DNA of 64,000 bases from Elsinoe ampelina. Its lineage: Eukaryota. The position numbers and the translations under genes are program-made. Below the pieces are notes generated by a model. The model was not told the origin of the DNA, did not search any database, and saw only the letters and a program-made list of their open reading frames with translations. The stretch spans positions 2,302,728 through 2,366,727 of the forward strand of contig ML992502.1 of assembly GCA_010093995.1 (NCBI GenBank), read 5' to 3'. Positions 12,178 to 24,583 of the stretch are shown here, one piece after another (the stretch's first letter is position 1; each line of letters begins with the position of its first letter).

Positions 12178-13047
12178 CAATGACTGCTCTCTGGAGGCGG
12201 GAGATGTCTTTATGTAGCAGTGAAATGAGGTGTTATTGCTGACAGACGCGGAATAGGTGGACGTGTCGAGGGAAAGTGCTAGATTGATGAAGGGTTTCGC
12301 CGCGATGACGCGAGCGGTGATTGCTTTCTAAGCAATCTTTTTCACCGGTGCGGTGACTGGCCAGAACAGATTGACCGGAAGTTTTGAGGGGAGGAGAGCG
12401 TACCTTTTGTAAGCTGAAGCTTAGTACGTACTTGTTTGTCCTATTTGAAATGATTCCGAGTTGGGTTTACTTGACAACAAAAATCGCTAAGCTGGTGGGC
12501 GGGAAGTTGAGGGGTCTCTCCTCGGCTGAATGACGAGGTCGGGCGTGAGGGGCAAATCAGATTTGATCACGTGGAGATAAGCTCCTTTGATACCTCATCC
12601 ACGGGAATTGCCTGAAAACAGACGGGAGGTAGACATCATGTATTGCTTGCTTGTATTGCTGCATCATATCATTGACATTCCTTGTTTGGCCTGCACATTT
12701 CAAATGTGTTTCAAGCCCCTTCTCCTTGCCGTGTCCGTCTCCTGCTTGCTGGTAGAGGTGGTAACAGCTTTACTATCGTAGGCCACCTTTCAGGTCACTC
12801 CTATCCGACCTTCGATGACATGCGCCGGCACATCAGTTTGTGGCTTCTGGGGTATCATGTGCTCGTGAAGGTATAGAACAAAGGAAAGCGGGTTGCAGCT
12901 CTTGCAACTTTCGTCATTCGTAGTCTGTTACTCGTCCGACATGTCGACAAAGGAGACTTGAAAATGGTATTAGCGATCGTGTTTGTGGCCGGCGTATTTC
13001 TGTTCGAGCTTGGTAGGAGGCTTGTTTGAGACGGCGACTCGTCCATC

Positions 13048-15606
13048 TCAAAGTTTGGAGGTTGATGCTGTCGGAGTTGTGGCTCGTGGCGATTGGACAA
13101 TAGGAGATTGTATTTCGGGACTGGACACGATCGACATGCGAGCGTCTGGCGTGGTCCTGCCACTTCTTGTTCTGATGTCGAGAAGCTTTGCGCTGCCAGA
13201 GCTCAGCTGCCGCGCGTGACCCTTGCCATAAACAACCTGGGCTTGCCCGTTCCAATTAGGGTCGTGGATGTGGTCGCTCTCCGATTCGAGTTCTGATGCT
13301 GATCCTTGAGGAGAATCGGGGCTTTGCTCAAGGGGAGTGATACCAGAATGGAGATCAGCCACAAGGCCTTCTCGAGATCTGGCGGCATCATTGCGATACA
13401 CCAGCCTTGGCTTTCTCCGGCTCGTGTCTCGGCGGAGAAGAGTACCCTCGTTCTTCTCGGAAGCCGGGGTGTATTCGGCCTCCATTTCTTCGATGTCGTC
13501 CTCCGGGCTTGGCGTGAGGTGACGGACATATTCCTCGTCAGGCATGGGCAGGTCTTCATACGAGGGATTCTCGATATCTCTGCGCCTGGCAGAACCGACA
13601 CTGCTCCTCATATGGCTTGCGTTGCTCTTGCGCTTTGCAGGTCGACCAGTCAACCAAGACCCCTCAGAGTCGATGGACGCGAGCGACGCGGACATTGCCA
13701 GACCTGAGTTCCTCTCATCGGAGATGTTTGGCGATTCTGATCGTGCAGGACGACCGTTCTCTGGGATATCAATACCCGTGTTAGATGCTACGCCGGTGTT
13801 GCCTCCTGCACGCCTAATTCTTCTGGCTGCGGCCATGTTGGCGGCAGCGATGATGTCTGGTGAGTTGATACGAGAATCAGGTGGTGAGGACGGCGACTCC
13901 GGTAGGTCTTCGCGGAAGATACTTTGAGTGCGCGCCGGAGTGCCAGACATCCTACGCGAGGTGTTACCCATGAGGTGAGCTGGTATTGATTGTTTGGACA
14001 TCGAGTCCCTAGACGTGTTCGAGAACGAGGTCTTCGGCTGGACTGACGTCGACTGGTCGGGCATTCGATTGGTGCCTCGTCTGAATATGCTAGCCCATGT
14101 GCCTGGTTTCTTGGAGGGCAATGTTTCTGACTGCTTGAGAGGGCTTGTGTTGATTGGTGGTAATTCAGGCGTGAATTCTCGGCGCAGTGGAGACATGCTC
14201 CGTGGGAAGCTACCACGTACCGGTGATGTCGGAGGAGAGGTGCTAATGTGTGATAATCGACCTTGAGAGTAACGGACTTCATGGGCCGTATGCAACGTGG
14301 GGTCGTCGAACGGAGTTTCCAGAGGGGTGATAGCCAGCGCCTGGGGTGTATCTTCACGTGGTGGGCCAAGCTTGTATGGATCACTGTAGGTAGATGAGGG
14401 TGAAGGATCTCTGAATGGACTACGGTCCAATGTGCCGGAGTCTTGACGCACATCCAGTGATCGGGACGGCTGCTGTTTCTCATCCTCTCTGTCGGATGTG
14501 GGTGTAGGAGGTGCTTGACCGAGAGTAGAAGTCCGCTCGTCGGCGTCTCGGTCCCTAAAGGCAGGATGGATGTCGGTGGGTGGCATTGGTGGTGCTTCTG
14601 CGGCACGACGGGCGTCTCTCTCCACACGCCTTCGGAGCTTTGCCTCAAGTTTCTCCTTGTCGGTGAGTTTCTTCTTCTCTTTGCGTCGTGAATCGCGCTC
14701 AAGTAGCAATCTCAGATCGGATGCATCCAGGTCATCGGCAAGCTCAGCCACTCTACGTTTGTCCTTCTTCTTGACCCCTTCTTTGAGAGCAGGCAATTTC
14801 TCTTTCTTTGACCCGTTGCGGGATGGACCATACGGCCCAGAGAGGCTATGGCTCTGCTGCAGTGAACTAGACAAGCGGACATTGGGCCGAGGACTGAGGA
14901 AGCCAAAACCGTGAACCTCCCAAGCCCGTTTTTCGGAAGTGCCAGACATGGAAGAGTGTATAGACTCCTGGAACGGAAGCGAGACGTTTGACCCTCGATT
15001 ATCGTCATTGTATTTCGAGCTGAATTGCCTCCGTGCCTTTTTGTTTTCTCGACTCAGCATATCGCCGTGACCAGAGAGTCGCTTTGGTATTGGGACGGGA
15101 CCGGTCATGGCTCTGATCTCTTCCTCGCGGATAGCTCGATTGTGTGCCTCTTGCCTTTTGCTTAACCTTCTCTTCTGTGATCCATCTACTGGTTTACCTT
15201 TCTTGTCCCCATAGTCGTCAGTGGGTTGCGCACCCATGGCTGCAAGACGAGAAGCCGGCACTGAGCTTGAGCTGTAGGGTATGGCAGTGCGGTATATTCC
15301 AGATCTCCGAAGGTGCGGACTTCGTTCCAGTCTGCGTGCTCCGGGGAGGGCGGTGATATCCTCTACGCTGTTTCTCGATCTATGTCGTCTAGGCTCTGGC
15401 CTGGTTTCAGCTTCAATTGCCTTGTCCGGCGAGCGTCGTCTCTTTCGTATCGAGGACTCTTCGGGGCTGCGAGGGGCAGAGCGGGGTGTAGCATTTTGAG
15501 GTTGGGCCGGAGCGAAGGGACCCTTGATATCTTTTTCTGGATTTGCTGTGGGTTGCGCGGACTCATTCAGCCGCTTTGAGCGACCACGCGAGAAGGGCCA
15601 TACCAT
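13048..15606 (-). CDS. Hypothetical 852-aa largely disordered Ser/Arg/Pro-rich protein with a central coiled coil
   Basis: Long uninterrupted ATG ORF; segment ELADDLDASDLRLLLERDSRRKEKK; no domain recognised. Confidence 0.8.
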   Translation of the reverse strand: MVWPFSRGRSKRLNESAQPTANPEKDIKGPFAPAQPQNATPRSAPRSPEESSIRKRRRSPDKAIEAETRPEPRRHRSRNSVEDITALPGARRLERSPHLRRSGIYRTAIPYSSSSVPASRLAAMGAQPTDDYGDKKGKPVDGSQKRRLSKRQEAHNRAIREEEIRAMTGPVPIPKRLSGHGDMLSRENKKARRQFSSKYNDDNRGSNVSLPFQESIHSSMSGTSEKRAWEVHGFGFLSPRPNVRLSSSLQQSHSLSGPYGPSRNGSKKEKLPALKEGVKKKDKRRVAELADDLDASDLRLLLERDSRRKEKKKLTDKEKLEAKLRRRVERDARRAAEAPPMPPTDIHPAFRDRDADERTSTLGQAPPTPTSDREDEKQQPSRSLDVRQDSGTLDRSPFRDPSPSSTYSDPYKLGPPREDTPQALAITPLETPFDDPTLHTAHEVRYSQGRLSHISTSPPTSPVRGSFPRSMSPLRREFTPELPPINTSPLKQSETLPSKKPGTWASIFRRGTNRMPDQSTSVQPKTSFSNTSRDSMSKQSIPAHLMGNTSRRMSGTPARTQSIFREDLPESPSSPPDSRINSPDIIAAANMAAARRIRRAGGNTGVASNTGIDIPENGRPARSESPNISDERNSGLAMSASLASIDSEGSWLTGRPAKRKSNASHMRSSVGSARRRDIENPSYEDLPMPDEEYVRHLTPSPEDDIEEMEAEYTPASEKNEGTLLRRDTSRRKPRLVYRNDAARSREGLVADLHSGITPLEQSPDSPQGSASELESESDHIHDPNWNGQAQVVYGKGHARQLSSGSAKLLDIRTRSGRTTPDARMSIVSSPEIQSPIVQSPRATTPTASTSKL

Positions 15607-17352
15607 GGCGGGTATACGAGGTTCGGCCTGTCAGACAGGCGTGGCGAAGCGGAGCTCGCTACTCATGCGGAGGTAGGGCTATTTGGTACAAGATTTCCAT
15701 GTGAAACAGTAATGCGACCGGAAGACCGGGGGGTACCTGGATTAATGCAGTCGGGGTGTGCAGGTGGAGACGTGCGAGTGAACTTGGTTCTGAAGACAGA
15801 GGAATGATTCGAGAAGGGTAATGGTGAGTTTCTGGGTTCTGCAGGAACGAAAAGGAGAAGGACCAGGATCCGTCACGCCAGAGGTCGTCCAAAAGTGGGG
15901 CGCAGGGTTGTGGCAGAGAACAAGAGGGAGCTGAAGAAGATTTCCTTTTTTCGCGACCAAGGGAGGGTTCTGCAGGTTCTGGACAGCTCTTCAAAAGGAC
16001 GACGCTTCTGTGAGTGGCAATGATGTGCGGCGTGAGAGCGACGTGGGTGGCACTGGCCCGCCTTCGCACGTGCACCGGGAAAAATAGGTCTTTTTTAGCT
16101 GGTTTTTAGCTCTTGTTCGTGTGGGAGCGGGTGGCTGATGACCCTGAACTCCCATTCGTCGCGCTGCAAGTGACTTTTTTTCTTTTCCATAGTTTGACTT
16201 TTGCTCGGTTCGTCTTCCTGGGTGGCAGGAAGCTCTTCACCCAGGTCGAGGGGACCGCGATTCATGGATTTCGTGGTTCGGAACGATGCAAGCTGCACGC
16301 ACTCTACGAGAATTGACGCCTTGTGCTTTTGGACGCGAGCTGAGGGGGATACGAAGAGCGCTGTCGCGGGAGCACAAAATGTCAAATCCTCGTGCTCTCA
16401 TTGCTGCGATCTTGTGCTGCACTCCACCGGCTCTGCATGCGACTTCTTCAGTGAAATCGACGCCTGTCTGCCGTGCCGTCTCGAGCTGCATTTTCGTTCC
16501 TTGCACTTTGCGATGCCGCCAATCTGTCCAAGGCTCGTCTCTCTCGATCCCAACCAAGGAGTCAGTCCGGTTCCGCTGCAGGCCCCTGTCGTACCATTCC
16601 GGCTTGACTCCCGAGCTGCCCCCCGGTCATTCTGTACCACATCAGCAAGGAGATGAGGGCGTGGTTTGGACGGTCTGAGAGACATCCTGGACTGTCGTGG
16701 AAGCACATGTCGTTGGCGCCATGTTTCACACTGACAGCTGGGCCCCCAGACACCGTTGACATCCGCCGTTATGGACAGGGATCCGTTTTCTTCCCCGGCG
16801 GCTTGGGGCATCAATCAAGCCCTGCCATGCCCGTCCGTTTCCTGCTGTCAAGTGTCACCAAGGGGCATGCAATTTAATCGAAATCTGACATGCATCGGCG
16901 GCTCTGATTGGGACCAGACGAGCTACTGCGGCAAACTACTGTACCACCTCATTTTTGCAGTGCGGTAAGTACTCACTGACAACATATCGTGCTTGTTGGT
17001 CATGCGTTGAGAGGGGCTTCTGCTGAGCTCTCGTACATCGTGATGGTAAGCATTGTGTGTGAGCGGTTTGCTATTTGGACACACAGTCAGACATCGATAC
17101 TACTCCCTTTGGTAATCACATTATCTCTTATGAAGCAAAGTGAAATCGATGTCGTGAAAGTCTGCCTCATGTTCGAAATAAGCAACCTCACTGCCGATCA
17201 CGACCTCCCCCGACCTTCTCCGCAAACTCGTCGAAGTCGACTTCCGAATAGCCGTCAGCGTGTCGAACGGGCAGCAAAAGGGCGTTCGGGTGGCAATGAC
17301 ACGACAGATATCCAAAAGATGAGGCTGCGTCTGCGATATTGCTGCTATCAAG

Positions 17353-18831
17353 ATGGAAGGACTTCCGTCAGCCCTCACGCGTCAACTAAGCAAGGGCGAG
17401 CAACGTCTGGAGCAGCTACATCTCGACCAGACCAATGCGCAACAAGACGATGACTGGACAAACGATCCCCAAAATCCTCACAATTGGACTTCTCGCCGGA
17501 AGATATCTATGATATTGTTAGTATCATGCATCGGCTATGTTTGCACAATGGGCAGCACCATCTATGCCCCGGGTCGCCAGCAAGTGGCAGCACAATTCGA
17601 CGTCTCGGCAGAAGCATCTATATTACCAGTTTCCTTGTTCAACATCGGTATGGGCCTAGGACCTCTCATTGCATCACCACTTAGCGAGACATTCGGCCGG
17701 CGGGTCGTGTATCTTGTTGTTCTACCCATCTTCAGTCTCTTTGTCCTTGGTTGGGGTTTTTCGAATTCACTAGCATCTTTGATCTTATGCCGCTTCTTTG
17801 CTGGAGTCTTCGCCAGTCCTAGTGTGGCCATCGCAGCAGCAACAATTGCGGACATGGTCCCTCCATCGCAGAGAGCCTTTCCGTTGATCCTTTACTACAC
17901 CACTCCTACGTTGGGCGCCCTGTCGGGTCCGATCATTGGAGGATTCGTCATTGCAAACAGGTCATGGCACTGGACGGCTTGGGTGACTTTGTTCATCGCA
18001 GTGCCCATATTCTTTCCTATCCTGTTTACTCGAGAAAGCTACAAGAAGGTTCTGCTTGCTCGCCGGGCACGAACAAGCTCACAAGCACTGTCCACTGATG
18101 CCGAAGAGGACAAGCCGTCTCTCGGATCTCGACTCAATGTCTTCATCACTCAGAATCTGGGACGTCCAGCTGTCATGTTGCTGACAGAGCCCATCTGCTC
18201 ATTCCTCTGCCTCTACATGTCGTTCCAATTCGGTTTGCTCTACCTTTTCGTAGTATCATCGCCTGGAATCTACGCAAAAACATATGGATTCGAAATCCAA
18301 GCACAGTCTCTTTCTTTCTTCGGTCTTCTTATAGGATGTGCTCTCGCGCCCTCTCTACTCATCTATATTGAGCTCTATCGATATCGACCGCGGCTGGCTC
18401 GCTCACCTGACCATCATCTTGAGCCGGAAGCGAGACTAGACGGAGCTATGATAGGATCCATCATGCTTCCCTTTGGCCTCTTCATGTTTGCCTTTACTGC
18501 CAGGCCCGACATATCCTTCTACGTCCCTATGTTCGCACAAGGCATTGTCATGTTTGGATCCTTGACCGTCTATATTCCTGCGGGTATCTACATAGTTGAG
18601 ACATACGGCGCAAAGTATGGAGCTAGCGCAAGCGGGGCCAACAGTCTCTTGCGATATGCTCTGGCTTCGACCTTTCCCCTCTTTGCCCCAACCATGTTCG
18701 CGCAGCTCGGGACCCGGAATGCGACCTGCGTGCTGGGAGGCTTCACGGTACTCATGGCAGGTATCCCTTGGGTGCTCAGGAAATGGGGTCCACACCTCCG
18801 CAAGAGAAGCAAGTACCGAGTAGATGACTGA
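17353..18831 (+). CDS. MFS transporter, DHA1 (drug:H+ antiporter) type
   Basis: DPQNPHNW N-terminal motif, GPLIASPLSETFGRR, RFFAGVFAS, ETYGAKYGASASGAN and about 12 hydrophobic segments. An additional 5' exon cannot be excluded. Confidence 0.92.
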   Translation: MEGLPSALTRQLSKGEQRLEQLHLDQTNAQQDDDWTNDPQNPHNWTSRRKISMILLVSCIGYVCTMGSTIYAPGRQQVAAQFDVSAEASILPVSLFNIGMGLGPLIASPLSETFGRRVVYLVVLPIFSLFVLGWGFSNSLASLILCRFFAGVFASPSVAIAAATIADMVPPSQRAFPLILYYTTPTLGALSGPIIGGFVIANRSWHWTAWVTLFIAVPIFFPILFTRESYKKVLLARRARTSSQALSTDAEEDKPSLGSRLNVFITQNLGRPAVMLLTEPICSFLCLYMSFQFGLLYLFVVSSPGIYAKTYGFEIQAQSLSFFGLLIGCALAPSLLIYIELYRYRPRLARSPDHHLEPEARLDGAMIGSIMLPFGLFMFAFTARPDISFYVPMFAQGIVMFGSLTVYIPAGIYIVETYGAKYGASASGANSLLRYALASTFPLFAPTMFAQLGTRNATCVLGGFTVLMAGIPWVLRKWGPHLRKRSKYRVDD

Positions 18832-19041
18832 GCCTGCTTCAGTACAGTAGATACAGGGTGGCAAGGTAAACAAGAAACGTGATGTTGTAACCTTAATTTT
18901 GATATATTGGTCTTGGAATGACAACATCGATGGTCTTTGTGTAAAAGGTGTACTGCATTAAAATTCGCATACTTCTACCGGGATATCAATAGTTAGAAAT
19001 GTACCAATCCGAACTTCAGCATACAGCCCCTTCGCTTTACT

Positions 19042-20560
19042 CTAGGACTTCTCGACCTCATCACCACTGCCGCTTGCTCTCTGGGTGGCGAGAGGGCTCT
19101 CACCCTGAATCACTTCCTGCTTGGCACCAGGGAATCCAGTGGGTCCGAACAGCTCCCACTCGCCAATCTGCTCATCAAAGAATTGGTCAAGATCCAGACC
19201 TCTGATCTCTGCATCCTCGCTGACCCTGAGTCCGAGGCCAGGGATGTACTTCAAGACCAGAAGGATGAGGCAGCTTACAGTGAAGCTGTAACCGGCAATG
19301 GCGCCAATCTCGGCCAGCTGGTACGCGACTTGGATGCCGTTGCCGTTGATCGCACCTGGGTAGGAGCTAACACCGTCGAGGTAAGAGATGGTCTCGTCGG
19401 CAAAGATACCAGTCAAGAAGGAACCGACGATGCCGCCGATAGCGTGCAACTTGAAGACCTCGAGACCATCGTCGATGCGGAGGAGCACGTTGACGTTGTC
19501 ACAGAGCGCGCAGACAACAGCCGTGATGAAGCCAATGACGGCAGCGAGCCAGACAGAGACGTAACCGGCAGCGGGAGTGATGCCGACCAGACCAGCGATG
19601 CAGCCCTCGCAGGCGCCGACGAGCGAGAAGCGACCCTTGTGGCGGACCATGTCGACTGCGACCCAGCCGATGATACCAAAGGCAGCAGCGATGTTGGTGT
19701 TGAAGGCGGCGTACATGGCACGGACAGAGGCGTTGAGAGCACTACCACCGTTGAAGCCAAACCAGCCAGCCCTGACAAGTATTAGCACCATCCCACGAGA
19801 CTCTCTCTCGGACGACATACCAGATCAAAATCGTCCCCAAGAAGACCAACGAAGCATTATGCGGCCTGCTCTTCTTCAACGCCGACCCAGGCTCCCTCCT
19901 CTTCCCAAGCACAAACGCATACGCCAACGCCGCCCACCCCGAAGCCTGATGCACGGGACCGCCACCAGCAAAATCGTACGAAGGCAAGTTATACAACCAC
20001 CCGGCCGGATTCCACGTCCAACACGCAATGGGACAATAGACAACCGTCGCCCAAATAAACCCAAACACCAAACTGGGCACAATCTTGCCCCTCTCAAACG
20101 CGCCCCCGATGACAATCATCACCGTGCAAGCGCAAAACATCAACTGGTAAAAACAAAACACAATATCCGGCAACACAGCCGAGCCCACACTGGGAGCGGC
20201 CCTGACATTCCGCATGCCGAAATTCGCCAAGTCACCGATGAACGGGTTCGCGGTGCGGGAAAACGCCAGGGAGAAGCCCCAGAATATCCACTGGAAGCTC
20301 ACCACGGCCGTCACGGCGAGGGAGAGGAACAGCATGCTCAGCCCGGACTTGCGCTTGGATAACCCGGCGTAGAACAGCCCGAGGCCCGGCAGGATCAGGA
20401 AGACAATGTACCCGCAGAAGATGATGTAGGCGTAGTTGAACTCGAGGCCGGTGAAGGGGAGGTTGACGTTGGTGGTGGTGGGGTCGCCGCCTGAGGGGTT
20501 GGATTCGTCGAAGGTCGGGGCCGTGAAGGTCACGGGTGGGGTGGGGTTGGATTCGGCCAT
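19042..20560 (-). CDS. Ammonium transporter (Amt/MEP family); one short intron near 19820-19772
   Basis: PGLGLFYAGL, GGAFERGK, YCPIACWTW, YDFAGGGPVH, W/AGWFGFNGGS, AGLVGITPAAGYV, IDDGLEVFKLHAIGG. Confidence 0.96.
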
Positions 20561-20868
20561 TGTGGTGGCGGGGCGAGGGGGAGGTATGGCAGGGGAGGGT
20601 GTATGCAGGGAGGCGTGAGGAAATGGGGGGAGAGGTGGTTAAGTAGCATTTCTACCTACGGGAGATGAGGGTGGAGACGGCCAGTCTATCGGGTTCCATA
20701 TCACTGTAAAACACGCGATTGCAAACGCAATTGGGAGTCTTTTGGGTTGGCGACGGTGCGCTAGAGGGCGCGGCATCGCTTGTTGATACGGGATGGGAAT
20801 GCCCAGCCGCTGCTGGAGGGGAGGCAGCTCTGTGTGGGAATAGTCATTTGTGAACAACGTAGGATGGT

Positions 20869-21272
20869 TGATAGGGTTGCCTCGTTTCGCTTGGGAAACG
20901 GCGGGTTGAGTGGAGGTGTGGCTTGGTGTTGAGTCGTTGGTAGCGGGTGGTGTTGCGGCGCCGATGCCGGGGATAATGGGATGAGTGGTTGGTTACTGCT
21001 GAGTGACATGTTAATAACTTACTGTATGCTTGTCTTTGGAGCGTGACGTTGGCCTTGCTCTGCCTAGGCTGCCCTCATCATTCAAACCGCGATGCCCGCT
21101 CCTGTCGCTGCCCCCTACACACCATGTAGACATTGACCAGCGATCGTGCAATGCTGTTACAACTTCACCTTGCCGTGCCGCTGACTTCTTGGATGTCTCA
21201 ATTACTCTTAATATTCCCCGAAACGGCCATGTTATCTTGAGGTGAAGCGGACGGTCGTCGAGAAAAAGATAA
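20869..21272. promoter_or_regulatory. Three HGATAR sites upstream of the ammonium permease (candidate AreA/NIT2 sites)
   Basis: TGATAG at 20869, TTATCT at 21232 and AGATAA at 21267. These are short motifs, so function is only inferred. Confidence 0.3.
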
Positions 21273-21538
21273 ACAATCGAGCACTCTGATTGGTCCAAGA
21301 TGGAATCGCTATCGCGCCAAGATTGGACGTTGCGGGTGGATTTCCTGGACCCTGACTCGGTTCCGACTTCACCCTCTCCAGCCCTGAGGTTCTGAAGGTA
21401 TCAATTATAGATCCCGCACATGGTCAATGAGATTCGTAATCATGGCAACTCGCATGGTATCGTGATCAGTCAGTCCGTAGCGTGTGGCTCGATGTATGCT
21501 TGTTCTCTTTGTTCGATATTGGAACATCATGTGATACT

Positions 21539-23357
21539 TCAGTAACCATGCTTGCCTGAAACAGTGGTAGCAGGAGATTTCCCGTCATGCAACTCGCTCA
21601 CAGCAGCAGGAGCTGCGAGCTCATATCTAGCATGGGAAGCCCCCAATTCTGCGTGAGCGGCTTTGCCGACGCCCTCAACCTCGTGCGGATCTCTGAAATG
21701 GCTCCCCACCATCTCTTGGGGATCGTATGGGATGTGAGATTGCTGGTAGTGTGTGGACGTAACGCCATCGGGGCTGTCCGGTGAGCCTTGGGATTGTCGT
21801 CTTCGTCTAATGATGAAGAAAGCAGCTGCTGCGACGACCATGAGCGCTGCAGCACTGCCAACAGCTATGCCTGCGATGGCACCAATAGTCAATCTGGCAG
21901 GAGTGCTACCTGACGTATCTCCTGATTCTGGTGAATCTGTACCGACTAGGCGGAGGCCGCAGGTATCGACAATACTTCCGTCTCGAGCGATCGGCACAAT
22001 ATCAGATTCCGTGGTTGCATTTGCTGCCCAGAGGGTGAAAGTCCCGGCATCTTGGTTGACAAATACGTATGCCGAACTCAAGAAAGATCGCCCAATGATG
22101 GGTAGTAGCATTTCCGTCTCTGCCGCCAGGGCATCAAGCATGACGACTTGCTTAGAGTAGTTGACGTTCATTGCACCAGTCTCGGCAATAGAAATGTCTG
22201 GTAAGACGAGCTGATCATTCGGGATGCGAATGTCGAGACTTTGGCCAGCGATTTCGATCTGAGCCGTCAGGTCTCCATCGTACCTGTGATATTGTCAGTC
22301 TTGAAGAGTGTCTATTCCGATTCACGTACGGTGCGCCTCCTCTGCCATCATAAGCAACTCCCCAGAAGTTGACTCCTGTGGAGCGGTCGACGAAGGTAGA
22401 GTCGAAATTGGCATTAATTCGTTGGAAGACTTCGCCAGGCAAGCTCATCGCAAGGGGATAGTCAGGGATGAGACAAGCTCGAAAGGCGTCTCCTTCCCTG
22501 GCAAAGACACTGGTGTCTGTTCGATTAGGCCAGTTCAACGACATGCCCGTGACTGTGACCATCATTTGGGAGCGGCAGAGAGTCACATCGGTCAGCGGCC
22601 CAGTGATGTTCCTTCCAGATGTCTTGGCTTGATCGTAGCCGCCGAGCACTAAGGAGCCGTCCATTTGGCTTGCTGAAGTAACACCGGTCAGACCGCTGAA
22701 GATGCCATAAGACCTTGAGCTTATCTGCTCGTTCTTTCTCAAAGCCGACAGCAAGGTCGAATTTCCACCCAGTCCTAGTATTGCTTGAGGTTCTGCCTGC
22801 TGCTGACCGATGTCGTCACCAGGTACGCCGATTGGGAATCCACCCAAGGTGATGTTGGAGCTTAGGCTTAGATCGTCTTTCATGAACCTCATGAGTGACT
22901 GGTTGGTTGCGATAAAGGTGCCCCGCAGACCTCCCAGGATATCGTATGGGTCAGCGCCAGCGTCGAATGCCGATCTTTCGATCCGGGACGTGGACGCATC
23001 GATGTCGTACAAGCCGCCTCTGTACGTCGTACATGCAGCTCCGGTTGTGTTTGATGGACAGTATGCGCCACTACTCTGGTAGACGTATGTGTTGTTCTTC
23101 GCCCTGGAAGATGTCAGATCTGATCAATAGGTCACTCCCAAGTGTACTTGCCATTGTGGCAAGAATGCCAACGTCTGTGGTGGTGTGCCAATGCGAATGG
23201 GTAGTCCCCTTCTGACTTGACTGTTTGCGAGGCTGACGTTCGTGATTGGTATTGCTATAGGAGGATCACACACCACGCTTGCCGTCAAAGGTAGCACAAG
23301 CGATACAAGTGTCACGATTTTGTGAGCCTGAACCGATACCGAGCCATGGTCTTTCAT
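21539..23357 (-). CDS. Membrane-anchored pepsin-like (A1 aspartic protease fold) protein, apparently lacking the catalytic Asp motifs; two introns
   Basis: Signal-like N-terminus, IRIGTPPQTL, AILGLG, ISSRSYG, DGSLVLGGYDQAK, IIGRSFLSSAYVFVNQDAGTFTLWAAN, a transmembrane segment IGAIAGIAVGSAAALMVVAAAAFFII followed by RRRR, and a cytoplasmic tail. Confidence 0.85.
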
Positions 23358-23888
23358 GCTGATTTTGAGACGCCTGTAACTGGGTCATGCATACACGAAA
23401 TGGAAATATCTATAGAGATTTACGTGTCCCTCCGATGATTGACGACGACAGGAGATGAAAACGAAAGGAACAGAGTGTACTCATCCTAGCGAGTTGGATA
23501 GATCTTGCTCGTATTGACCGGTCAAAGACTGTGCCGCAATTTACAGCTTCAGCCTCAGCGGCTAAGGGCTGCGCTGTGATTGGCATTGAGCATCAAGCTT
23601 GAAACGTAAATGATACTGCCAGGGTCACCAGGGAGGCGATCGAAGGTGGGCCGATTTCTGCAAAAAAAATTGTCGAGGCGAGTCGATGGTGAGATGATAC
23701 GAAGAGGTGACATTGGGTGTTGCACCGCGGAACACCGCCACCACCAAAATTTAGCGTTGGGCGGTGTCCATATCAGTCACCCACGGCGAGAGGTCGTTAT
23801 GCTACTCAAAATATGATATATATCAAAGGCATATATAATTTGTATTGGGATAGACATTTTAAATCACATTCGACCATTGGAATTTATC

Positions 23889-24583
23889 ATGGAGGAAACA
23901 ACGACATCGAGACCACCACTCCCCGAACTCCGCATGGAACGCCTACTTCTCAAGGTCATGGATCCCAAGCGAGATGCTGAGGACGTCTTCGAATGGCATC
24001 AGAATGCAGATACATTGAAGTGGACGTGAGTGCTCCTGCGTCGACAAAGTTCTTCCGTCAATTATGAGAACGTCGCTAACGACTGTGAAGAGGTCAGCCA
24101 GTACGGACACAGGTATCCGAAACGCTCGCAGCTCTCAAAGTCCGCGCCGAAGAGCCCGATACCGTCACATACGTCATGCTGCTACCACATCCACCAACAG
24201 CATCGCATCCTGCACCTCTCAAATGCATAGGTCTGGTCAATGGAAACCGAGACGATCCGGAGATAGGTTACACCATGAACCCACTCTTCCATGGTAAAGG
24301 GTACATGACCGAGGCCCTGCAGGCCTTTCTACCATCGCATTTCGGATTCGTCCCCGAGAAGTTTGATTACCTACTGGCATTGACGGATGTGGAGCATAAG
24401 AAAAGTCATGCTGTACTTGGCCGTATGGGTTTCCAGCGTGGGAGCACCATTCCCGATGAATATCACAGCATCGTCTTAGGTTGTGACAGGCCGAGCGTGT
24501 GTTGGTACTTAGCTCGACCGGGAAGGGAAGTCCCGGAGTGGGTACTAAAAGGGCAACCAGAGCCTGGAAGTGTCAGGCAGTAA
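23889..24583 (+). CDS. GNAT acetyltransferase (RimJ/RimL type); one intron at about 24027-24090
   Basis: ELRMERLLLK...W; then PEIGYTMNPLFHGKGYMTEAL and TDVEHKKSHAVLGRMGF. Confidence 0.85.
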
